Shown piece by piece: positions 9,968 to 19,500 of a DNA stretch of 64,000 bases. The notes under the pieces are model-generated. The model made no database searches. It worked only from the letters and a program-made list of their open reading frames with translations, and was not told the origin of the DNA. Position 1 is the first letter of the stretch, and each line of letters opens with the position of its first letter. Made by a program: the position numbers and the translations under genes. Where the stretch lies: contig JAFWCB010000005.1 of assembly GCA_017537025.1 (NCBI GenBank), positions 586,104-650,103 on the forward strand, in the 5' to 3' direction. The DNA is from Sediminibacterium sp. (GTDB lineage: Bacteria; Bacteroidota; Bacteroidia; Chitinophagales; Chitinophagaceae).

Positions 9968-12088
9968 TTGCAAAGTACAACCCTACATATTGCTTTAGTG
10001 GGCAACCCTAATAGTGGTAAAAGCTCTCTTTTTAATGCCCTAACAGGTCTTAACCAAAAAGTTGGCAATTTCCCGGGTGTTACCGTCGATAAAAAAACCG
10101 GGGCGTTTACGCTGGATGGGGGGAAAAATGCCGAGTTGATCGACTTACCAGGCACTTATAGTTTATACCCACGCAGAGCCGATGAGTGGGTGGCTTACAA
10201 AGTATTAATGGGTGCTGACGAAGAAGTAAGAGCAGATTTAGTAGTACTTGTAGCTGATGCGTCTAATTTAAAACGAAACTTACTTTTTTGCAGTCAGATC
10301 ATCGACTTAAAAGTGCCGGTTGTAATGGCACTTACCATGAATGATATTGCTGCTAAAAAAGATATTAAAATTGATATTGGTGGTTTAGAAGCTGATTTAG
10401 GCATTCCGGTGGTAGCCGTAAACCCTAGAAAGAACAAGGGATTAAACGAGTTGAAAAAAGTAATTACACAACTCACTCGCGTACCCGAAGATTCCATCCG
10501 CAAAAACAGAGATTTTATCAATTTGAGCAACTTGGCACCTTCGGCATTAACAGATATGCTGAGTAATTTCCCCGCTAATAGCGAATATGCTTCTCTACAT
10601 CAATTAATTAATGGCGAAGAGTTAATTCAAAACGCCGATGATCAAGCATTAATTAAAGGTATTATTGCTAAACATCAATTCAACCCAACTAAAACACAGG
10701 CTGAAGAAATCTTGCACAGGTATAGTCGTATTCGACAAATTATGCAAAATAATGTAGTGGAAACAGGACCACTGGAAAAGAAACTCTTTTCTGATAAACT
10801 AGACGGCCTATTATTACATCGTACCTGGGGTTATCTCATTCTTTTAGCTGTACTCTTTTTATTGTTCCAAAGTATTTTTTGGTTAGCGCGATTCCCGATG
10901 GATGCTATTGAGGCAAGCTTTGTAGGGGCAAGCAGTTGGTTGAATAGTGTTTTACCGGAAACATGGTGGAGTAATTTATTTATAAATGGATTAATGGCCG
11001 GTTTATCAGGTATCCTTGTATTCGTACCGCAAATAATGATCTTATTCGGACTCATAACTATTTTAGAAGATACCGGCTATATGGCGAGAATTAGTTTTTT
11101 AAGTGATAAACTAATGCGCAAAGCCGGGCTCAATGGTAAGAGCGTAATGCCCATGATTAGTGGTTTTGCTTGTGCCGTACCTGCCATTATGAGTGCCCGA
11201 AATATTGAAAATAAAAAAGAGCGCTTACTCACTATTTTAATTACTCCGCTTATGAGCTGTAGTGCTCGTTTACCGGTGTATACCATTCTTATTTCTTTAG
11301 TAATTGATGATACCTATTATTTTGGATTCTTGAGTTTACAAGGATTGGTAATGATGGGTTTATATTTTTTAGGAACTTTTATGGCATTAGCCATGAGTTA
11401 TATGCTCAAGTTTTTTATCAATATTAAAGAGAAGAGTTTCTTTATTTTGGAATTACCCATTTATCGGGCACCCCGATGGAAGAATGTTGGCACAACCATG
11501 ATTGAGAAGGCACGCATATTTGTAACAGATGCAGGTAAGGTAATCATGATAATCAGTTTATTGCTTTGGTTTTTAAGTTCTTATGGCCCCGGTAATAAGA
11601 TGGAAGAAACAAAAACAAAATATACTGCGCTTATTGCTGCTCAACCTACTAAAACAGACTCTCTCCAAAAACAATTATTATCCGAAAAACTGCAACACTC
11701 TTATGCCGGTATATTAGGTAAAACCATCGAGCCCGTAATTAAGCCTCTGGGTTATGATTGGAAAATCGGCATTGCTCTTATCACTTCTTTTGCAGCCCGC
11801 GAAGTATTTGTTGGAACTATGGCTACTTTATATAGTGTGGAAGAATCTGATGATTCCTCACTCAGAGCAAAACTTAATGCCGCCGTTCATGAAAATGGAA
11901 AAAAAGTGTACACTTTACCCGCAGCTCTTTCTTTAATGATTTTTTATGCACTGGCTATGCAATGTATGAGTACCCTAGCCATTGTTAAACGCGAAACAAA
12001 AAGCTGGAAATGGCCCGTATTCCAATTCATCTATATGACGGCACTGGCTTATGGGATGAGTTTATTGATTTACCAGATTTTTAGTTAA
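9968..12088 (+). CDS. feoB: Ferrous iron transporter B
   Basis: G-domain GNPNSGKS, VGNFPGVTV, DLPG; membrane domain with GFACAVPA, MSCSARLP, FAAREVFV. Confidence 0.97.
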   Translation: MQSTTLHIALVGNPNSGKSSLFNALTGLNQKVGNFPGVTVDKKTGAFTLDGGKNAELIDLPGTYSLYPRRADEWVAYKVLMGADEEVRADLVVLVADASNLKRNLLFCSQIIDLKVPVVMALTMNDIAAKKDIKIDIGGLEADLGIPVVAVNPRKNKGLNELKKVITQLTRVPEDSIRKNRDFINLSNLAPSALTDMLSNFPANSEYASLHQLINGEELIQNADDQALIKGIIAKHQFNPTKTQAEEILHRYSRIRQIMQNNVVETGPLEKKLFSDKLDGLLLHRTWGYLILLAVLFLLFQSIFWLARFPMDAIEASFVGASSWLNSVLPETWWSNLFINGLMAGLSGILVFVPQIMILFGLITILEDTGYMARISFLSDKLMRKAGLNGKSVMPMISGFACAVPAIMSARNIENKKERLLTILITPLMSCSARLPVYTILISLVIDDTYYFGFLSLQGLVMMGLYFLGTFMALAMSYMLKFFINIKEKSFFILELPIYRAPRWKNVGTTMIEKARIFVTDAGKVIMIISLLLWFLSSYGPGNKMEETKTKYTALIAAQPTKTDSLQKQLLSEKLQHSYAGILGKTIEPVIKPLGYDWKIGIALITSFAAREVFVGTMATLYSVEESDDSSLRAKLNAAVHENGKKVYTLPAALSLMIFYALAMQCMSTLAIVKRETKSWKWPVFQFIYMTALAYGMSLLIYQIFS

Positions 12089-12104
12089 TCTCTGCACTAA
12101 TCAT

Positions 12105-12965
12105 CTACAACCTCTCCCACAATAACTTACTCAACTTCATCGCTAATATCCAGGCCTCGTTATCATTACCCCAGCTTTTATCAAAATTATCTTTAGTGCA
12201 GATACAAAAAATATATTCTTTACCATTACCCTTTACATATAATACTTCGCTACGACTCGCATTTACCGCACCGTTTTTACTCGCTACAAAAACGTTAGCT
12301 GGTACTTGCGAAATGGCTTGCTCATCCCAATAATTTCTACCTAATACCCTTATCATTTTTTCACTTAACGAATCACTTAGCAATTTTTTTGTAACAATCA
12401 TTTCCATCAGCTTGGCCATTTCTCGCGGCGTTGTTTGTCCCCACCCATATTGCGCTCTATTATTTTCTCTGCCCGGCGTTCTGCTGTTTACACGGGTATC
12501 TTTCAGCCCAATACTATCCATCAGCTCATTAATACGCGTACCCTTACCAGCTAAGCTTTGTAACCATAAACTTGCAGTATTATCACTCGTGGTGAGCATA
12601 AGCATAATTACTTTGCTCAGTTCTATTTTGGCATTATTTTTTAAGTTACCCACTACATCTCCATCATCATAAAATAAAGAATCAGTATAGATAAGGGTTT
12701 GATGATAATCGAGCTCGCCACGTTTTATTTTATCCATCACCCCAACCAGTATAGGAACTTTTACCATGCTTGCCGTAGGATAAATAGTATCTGCATTAAT
12801 GGTAACAGTTTTATTGCTTTTCAAATCGTGTACATATATACCAACATTCCCATTAAAGCCAGTAACCAGTGCGTTGATTTCGCTCGTAAGTTTTTTATTC
12901 TTCTTTTGTGCAAAACAGGGTACACCCAAGAGTAATAAAATAAAAAAGGGGAATGATTTTTTCAT
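12105..12965 (-). CDS. Secreted class A beta-lactamase-like serine hydrolase
   Basis: Signal peptide from MKKSF (start moved to 12965); SxxK (ASMVK), SDN, KNG triad. Confidence 0.85.
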   Translation of the reverse strand: MKKSFPFFILLLLGVPCFAQKKNKKLTSEINALVTGFNGNVGIYVHDLKSNKTVTINADTIYPTASMVKVPILVGVMDKIKRGELDYHQTLIYTDSLFYDDGDVVGNLKNNAKIELSKVIMLMLTTSDNTASLWLQSLAGKGTRINELMDSIGLKDTRVNSRTPGRENNRAQYGWGQTTPREMAKLMEMIVTKKLLSDSLSEKMIRVLGRNYWDEQAISQVPANVFVASKNGAVNASRSEVLYVKGNGKEYIFCICTKDNFDKSWGNDNEAWILAMKLSKLLWERL

Positions 12966-12993
12966 TCCCCAAGATAATTTTTTTCTCCCATCA

Positions 12994-14241
12994 TTAGTCA
13001 TTAAAGTGCATATAAACCGATGTGCCTTTGTCTAATTGGCTTTCTACTTTAATAGTACCTCCAAGCATTTCAATAAAATCCTTAGTAAGAATAAGTCCTA
13101 GTCCACTTCCTTTCTCATCTCCGGTACCGGTAGTGCTTTGATAATGATCCCCATCAAATAATTTAGATTGCATATCGGCCGACATACCTACTCCGGTATC
13201 ACTTACTGATACCATTACTTTACCCTCCTCTTTATGTGCATATACCGTGATTACCCCTTCTTTTGTAAACTTATTGGCATTGCTGATAAGATTACGCAAA
13301 ATGAATCGCATCGCATTAATATCGGAGCGAACAAATAGATCCTCATCTACCAAGTTCACCATGATATTCGACTTTAACGAACTCATTACTTCAAAACTCT
13401 TAAACATATTGCTCACTAAAGTACGCATATGCACTTTCTCGGTTTCAAATCCTTGTCCACGCATTTGCATAGAACCCCAATCAACCAGGTTATTCAAGAG
13501 TTCCACCGTACCATCAATTTGTTTACCTGCCATATTCATGAGTTCAACCGAATCTTGCTGACTCAATATTTTACGTGCATTTAATTCGATGATAGATTTT
13601 ACCGCGCCAATAGGATTTCGAACGTCATGTGCAATAATCGAAAGAATTCTATTCTGTAATTCCATTTGCTGCTGTAGCTTGATTCGTTGCTGTTCTAACT
13701 GCTTATTCAACAAATTTTGATCAAGTAGCTTAACTACTTGTCGGGCTAATGTTTGTAAAGTAAAAATTTGTTCTCGGTTTAATTCACCCGGTTTGGTATC
13801 CATTACGGAAATGGTTCCCATTTTAAAACCGTTACTATTAATCAACGGCACACCTGCATAAAATTGAATATAGGGTTCGCCAACCACCAGCGGACTATCA
13901 AAGAATCGATCATCTTTGGTAGTGTCAGGTACTTCGAACGCTTCATTATCCGAAGCGATAGTATGAGCGCAAAAAGATATTTCTCTGGGGAATTCATTTA
14001 ACTCGATACCTATTTTAGCCTTAAACCATTGACGCTTCGCATCTATTAATGAGATAAGGGCAATGGGTGTTCCACAAATAGTTGCGGCTAACTTCACCAC
14101 ATCATTAAACTCATCTTCGTATGTGGTATCAAGTACCTCATAGCGATAGAGCTCTTTCAAACGCTTTTGATCGTCTGATGGTATGGGGGGTGTAACCATA
14201 AACAGATTTATTTGCTTAAGCGGCTCCTTTTTTTTGGGCAT
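12994..14241 (-). CDS. Cytoplasmic GAF-domain sensor histidine kinase
   Basis: GAF (RQWFKA, ISFCAH, IQFYAGVPL), H-box AHDVRNP, N-box NLISNANKF, DTGVG, GSGLGL; start uncertain. Confidence 0.92.
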   Translation of the reverse strand: MPKKKEPLKQINLFMVTPPIPSDDQKRLKELYRYEVLDTTYEDEFNDVVKLAATICGTPIALISLIDAKRQWFKAKIGIELNEFPREISFCAHTIASDNEAFEVPDTTKDDRFFDSPLVVGEPYIQFYAGVPLINSNGFKMGTISVMDTKPGELNREQIFTLQTLARQVVKLLDQNLLNKQLEQQRIKLQQQMELQNRILSIIAHDVRNPIGAVKSIIELNARKILSQQDSVELMNMAGKQIDGTVELLNNLVDWGSMQMRGQGFETEKVHMRTLVSNMFKSFEVMSSLKSNIMVNLVDEDLFVRSDINAMRFILRNLISNANKFTKEGVITVYAHKEEGKVMVSVSDTGVGMSADMQSKLFDGDHYQSTTGTGDEKGSGLGLILTKDFIEMLGGTIKVESQLDKGTSVYMHFND

Positions 14242-14348
14242 GCAAAGGCTGTTATTCCGTGCCTTTAACGCAAAAAAGGGCTTTTTATTGGGTTGAAGTT
14301 ATAAATTCCCGCAATAAATGGCGGGTTATTTAACTACGCATTATCCTA

Positions 14349-14816
14349 TTAAATGGTTTTCCAGGCTGCTAAAATCTCATCTGCATGCGATTTGCTCACC
14401 GGTTTATTCAAAATTTTACGGATTTTACCCTTCTCATCAATTAAATAGGTAGTTCGAAAAGTACCCATAAAAGTATGCCCCATCATTTGTTTCTGCCCCC
14501 AAATACCATATTTGGTAACAATTTTATGCTTTTCATCGCTTACTAATCGATACGGCAAATGGTGTTTTTGCTCAAATTTTTTATGGCTTTTTACAGAATC
14601 TACACTTACGCCTATCACCTCAAACCCTTCCCCTTTCAACTTCGCGTAATTATCTCTTAAGTTGCAAGCCTGTGTAGTGCAGGTAGGAGTATCGTCTTTA
14701 GGATAAAAAAATAAAACCACTTTCTTCCCTAAATAATCGGTCAAAGCTATGGGATCCCCATTTTGATCCACTGCTTTAAATGCGGGCGCTTTCTTGCCTT
14801 CCATCGGTAATGCCAT
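14349..14816 (-). CDS. bcp: Thioredoxin-dependent thiol peroxidase (BCP/PrxQ)
   Basis: FYPKDDTPTCTTQAC peroxiredoxin motif; start moved to ATG 14816. Confidence 0.93.
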   Translation of the reverse strand: MALPMEGKKAPAFKAVDQNGDPIALTDYLGKKVVLFFYPKDDTPTCTTQACNLRDNYAKLKGEGFEVIGVSVDSVKSHKKFEQKHHLPYRLVSDEKHKIVTKYGIWGQKQMMGHTFMGTFRTTYLIDEKGKIRKILNKPVSKSHADEILAAWKTI

Positions 14817-14877
14817 ACTGCAAATATTAAGTTTCTTTATAACAAGTTCTTTTTGCAAAGGTTTGCCTTCCACAGCT

Positions 14878-14885
14878 TACATTTG
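14878..14885 (+). promoter_or_regulatory. -7 promoter element (TACATTTG) for carB
   Basis: Exact match 21 nt upstream of ATG 14907. Confidence 0.6.
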
Positions 14886-14906
14886 CACAATTTATTTTTT
14901 TATACC

Positions 14907-16553
14907 ATGCCCAAGGATACTTCTATTAAATCGGTGTTGATTATTGGTTCCGGTCCCATTATTATCGGTCAAGCCTGCGAATTTGATTATTCCGGCTCAC
15001 AGGCTGCTCGTAGTTTACGGGAAGAAGGAATCAAAGTCATTCTCATTAATAGTAATCCGGCCACTATCATGACGGATCCCATGATGGCCGACAAAGTATA
15101 CCTTTTACCACTCACTGCAGAAAGTATTGAGCAAATTTTACAGGAAAATGAAATTGATGCGGTTTTACCAACAATGGGCGGACAAACAGCGCTCAATCTT
15201 TGTAAGGAAGTAGACGAATTAGGTATTTGGGAGAAATATAATTGCCGATTAATTGGGGTTGATGTGGCGGCTATTGATACCGCGGAGGATAGAGAAAAGT
15301 TCCGTCAGTTGATGGTAAAAATTGGCATGGCAGTAGCACCAAGCCATGTTGCGAATAGTTTTTTAGAAGGAAAAGAATTTGCACAACAAATAGGCTTCCC
15401 ATTAGTTATCCGCCCCTCATTTACTTTGGGTGGTACAGGTGGTGGTTTTGTACATAGCAAGGATGATCTGGATGCTGCTTTGGATCGTGGCTTAAAAGCT
15501 TCTCCTATCCATGAAGTACTTGTTGAAAAAGCTGTATTAGGCTGGAAGGAATATGAATTAGAGCTATTGAGAGATCAGAACGATAATGTAGTTATCATTT
15601 GTACCGTTGAAAATGTAGACCCTATGGGTGTTCATACCGGTGATTCTATTACGGTAGCACCTGCTATGACCCTTAGTGATACTGCCTTTCAAGAGATGCG
15701 CAACAAAGCTATCTTAATGATGCGCTCTTTAGGAAATTTTGCAGGGGGTTGTAATGTTCAGTTCGCACTAAATCCGGCAACAGAGGAATTAATTGCGGTA
15801 GAAATTAACCCTCGCGTTAGTAGATCTTCCGCACTAGCTTCAAAAGCTACCGGTTACCCAATTGCAAAAATAGCAGCAAAACTTGCCATTGGTTATAGTT
15901 TGGATGAATTGAAAAATCAAATTACAAAAACCACTTCTGCTTATTTTGAGCCGGCACTGGATTATGTAATTGTGAAAGTACCTCGCTGGAATTTTGATAA
16001 ATTCAAAGGAGCCAATGATACCCTTGGCTTACAAATGAAAAGTGTAGGCGAGGTAATGGCTATTGGAAGAAGCTTTACCGAAGCATTGCAAAAAGCTTGT
16101 CAGAGTTTAGAAAATGAAGCTGTGGGTCTTGGTTATTATGGCAAGAGTTTAATGAAGAATGAAGAGTTACTTGAATATATTAAAACCCCCAAATGGGATC
16201 GTATATTCCGCATTAAAGATGCGCTTATGCAAGGCACTACTGTAAAAACCATTTCTCAAGCAACAGGTATAGATCGTTGGTTTATTTACCAGATACAAAA
16301 TATTTGTACAATAGAAAAAGAAATAGCCAATTACAACTTAGATAGCCTACCCGTTGAATTATTAAAAACAGCTAAAAAAGCCGGTTTTGCCGACGCTCAA
16401 ATTGCCAAGATACTTAGTGGTAACTGTACAGATGAACAGGTATATGAAAAACGAAAAACACTGGGAATTACGCGTGTTTACAAGATGGTTGATACCTGTG
16501 CTGCTGAGTTTGAGGCAAAAACACCCTATTTCTACAGTACGTTTGAAGGGTAA
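14907..16553 (+). CDS. carB: Carbamoyl-phosphate synthase large subunit, N-terminal half only (first ATP-grasp plus oligomerisation domain)
   Basis: GSGPIIIGQACEFDYSG, RPSFTLGG, HTGDS, EINPRVSRSSALASKATG, YKMVDTCAAEF; stops at YFYSTFEG-TAA; start moved to MPKD at 14907. Confidence 0.92.
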   Translation: MPKDTSIKSVLIIGSGPIIIGQACEFDYSGSQAARSLREEGIKVILINSNPATIMTDPMMADKVYLLPLTAESIEQILQENEIDAVLPTMGGQTALNLCKEVDELGIWEKYNCRLIGVDVAAIDTAEDREKFRQLMVKIGMAVAPSHVANSFLEGKEFAQQIGFPLVIRPSFTLGGTGGGFVHSKDDLDAALDRGLKASPIHEVLVEKAVLGWKEYELELLRDQNDNVVIICTVENVDPMGVHTGDSITVAPAMTLSDTAFQEMRNKAILMMRSLGNFAGGCNVQFALNPATEELIAVEINPRVSRSSALASKATGYPIAKIAAKLAIGYSLDELKNQITKTTSAYFEPALDYVIVKVPRWNFDKFKGANDTLGLQMKSVGEVMAIGRSFTEALQKACQSLENEAVGLGYYGKSLMKNEELLEYIKTPKWDRIFRIKDALMQGTTVKTISQATGIDRWFIYQIQNICTIEKEIANYNLDSLPVELLKTAKKAGFADAQIAKILSGNCTDEQVYEKRKTLGITRVYKMVDTCAAEFEAKTPYFYSTFEG

Positions 16554-16572
16554 AAAGCCTGTAGTACATTTG
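16542..16572 (+). promoter_or_regulatory. Canonical -33/-7 promoter (TTTG-N19-TACATTTG) for the GH18-CE4-GT2 gene
   Basis: TTTG 16542-16545, 19-nt spacer, TACATTTG 16565-16572; ATG follows after 4 nt. Confidence 0.7.
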
Positions 16573-16576
16573 CTTT

Positions 16577-19500
16577 ATGGCAAAGGAAACCACACAAATT
16601 TTCCAAACTGCTAACCCAACAAGATGGCAACGTTTTAAGTGGGGTAGTCGCTTATTGGTTTTCCTATTAATTATAGCCGTTTTAGCTATTATAATCGGCA
16701 TACGTAATACTTATGTACCTGATATACCTATTTCTCAAAGTGCCCGCTTTAAAAAAATACTTGAATCAACAGAAACGGGTGATTCTATTACCAAAGCCTA
16801 CCGGGGTTTTCGCAAATTTATAGATAACAGGTGGGCCAAAGGAAGAGGATGCGGACAAAATGACTCTGCATTGCACCTCTCTAACTCCGATAAATTTAGT
16901 GATAGCCTTGGTATTCGTGCAGCTTTTTATGTAGAATGGGACCCCCAGGCTTATTTCTCCCTTAAAAGGAATATTCATAAACTCAACTTAGTTATTCCGG
17001 AATGGATATTCTTAGATCCCAAAGGCGACTCAATAGTTGTTCGCAGAACAAAACGTGGACATGATGCTATCAAGGCTTCAGGGATATCTGTAATGCCCAT
17101 GCTTACCAATAATATAGGCGGTAGCTGGGATGGCGCAGTATTACACCGGATTTTAAACGATAAAACAAAAAGAACAAAGCTAATTAACGATGTGGCCCTA
17201 TTCATTTTGAAAGAAGGTTATACAGGTATTAATATAGATTTTGAGGAATTAGTTGAAGAAGATGATGCCGTACTAATAAATTTTCAAAAAGAATTATACG
17301 AAGTATTTCATAGAAATAAGTTGTTGGTATCGCAAGATGTAATTCCTTTTAATGAAGACTATAATTATAGTGCCCTAAGTAAATACAACGACTATATATT
17401 CTTGATGGCCTATGATCAGCATACTGCAGAAACAAAACCAGGACCTATTAGCAGTCAGAAATGGATTGAAGCAGCAGTGGATAAAATAGTAAAAAAAGTA
17501 TCTCCGGAAAAAATAGTACTTTGCTTGGCAGGCTTCGGATACGATTGGCCTAAAGGTGGAGTAGGCGTAGATCTAACGTATCAGCAAGCAGTAACCATTG
17601 CTAAAGAGAGCGAAGGAATTATTAAATACGATAACGATTCATATAATTTATTCTATCAGTATTACGACGACCATGATCTTTTACATGAAGTACATTTTAC
17701 AGATGCGGTCACCAATTTTAATACATTACGCTTTGTAACAGAATACGGTTTAGCAGGAACTTCCCTGTGGCGCATGGGTAGTGAAGATAGTAGGCTCTGG
17801 GATTTTTACCACCTTAACATGAGCAAAGCAGCTTTACAGAAATTCGATTTTAATGAATTCGGTAAGGTAGAAACTACCAACGATGTAGATTTTATGGGAG
17901 AGGGAGAAATATTAGATGTATTATCAACCCCAAAACCCGGAAGAATAAGAACAGAGTTAGATACTGCTTGGATGCTGATCAGTGAACAGTTTTATGATAC
18001 CCTTCCATCTATGTTTGTTGTGAAACAATCGGGTAAAACCAATGAAAAAAAGTTAGTACTCACATTCGATGATGGACCCGACCCGCTTTATACCAAACAA
18101 ATTTTAGATATTCTGGCAAAGTATAAAGTAGTAGCTAATTTTTTTATTGTAGGTATTGAAGCAGAAAAAAATATCCCACTCGTAAAAAGAATTTTTAATG
18201 AAGGGCATGAAATAGGTAACCATACTTTTACGCACCCCAATATGGCTACGGTTAGTACACAACGTGCGCTGTTAGAAATGGATGCAACTCGCCTACTAAT
18301 TGAGGCTATCACTGGCAGAAGCACAATTATGTTCAGGGCTCCTTTCAATGCGGATAGTCACCCGGAAAAAATGGAAGAGCTGGTACCCGTAGCGCTGAGC
18401 AGAACAAAGAACTATTTAACTATTGGAGAAAATATTGATCCGGAAGATTGGATAGCTTCCGAAGACCCAACATATAATGCAGACAGTATTTTTAATAGGG
18501 TTCTGCGGATGAAAGACTTGGGAAATATCATTTTACTACATGATGCCGGTGGTAATAGAAGTGCTACTGTAGCTGCCCTTCCCCGCATCATTGAATATTT
18601 TCATAAACAAGGGTATCAATTTGTTACTGTGGCCGATTTAATGGGTAAAACAAGAGATGAAGTAATGCCACCTGTTCCTAATTACAAAGGAAACTATTTA
18701 CTTCAATTCAATTATATATTAGCCGAAACAGGATATTATACCAATCTTATTTTATTTAGCTTATTTATTCTTTTTTTAGTACTAGGCAGTTTGCGACTAG
18801 CTACTATTCTGATTTGTTCTTTATTACAAAGAGCCCTCGAAAAGAAAAAAGCTTTAGAACCCATAACACATTTTCCACAAGTATCAATTATTGTACCTGC
18901 TTACAATGAAGAAGTAAACGCGGTAAGCTCCTTGCATAATTTACTCCGTTGCGATTACCCAAACTTCGATATCATTTTTGTAAATGATGGAAGTAAAGAT
19001 AATACACTGAATCGAGTACTCGATGCTTTTGCAAATCATGATAAAGTAAAAATTCTTGACAAACCAAATGGTGGTAAGGCTTCTGCCCTCAATTACGGAA
19101 TCAGTAGAACCGAAGCAGCATATGTTGTTTGTATTGATGCAGATACTAAACTAAAACCCAATGCTGTAAGTAAGTTGATGCAGCATTTTAATAATGAAAA
19201 GGTAGGTGCGGTAGCCGGTAATGTAAAAGTGGGTAACGAAAATAATATTATTACCATATGGCAAAGCATTGAATATATCAGTAGTCAAAATGTAGACCGG
19301 AAAGCCTTTAGCTACTTTAATGCGATTACTGTTGTACCCGGAGCAATAGGTGCATTTCGTAAAACAGCTTTGGAAGACGCCGGTGGTTTTACCTCCGATA
19401 CATTAGCAGAAGACTGCGACCTCACCATTCGCATTTTACGTTGCGGATATAAAATTGAGAACGAGAATGGGGCTATCGCATTAACTGAGGCTCCAGAAAC

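Noticed and set aside
14200-14241. QINLF clamp-like motif at the histidine kinase N-terminus
   Set aside because: Start codon uncertain (may be the downstream MVTPP), imperfect match, and no rationale for a sensor kinase
16387-16614. Possible frameshifted continuation of carB
   Set aside because: The overlapping + strand frame reads LKGKKPVVHLLYG..., which is not CarB-like, and the next gene has its own promoter there
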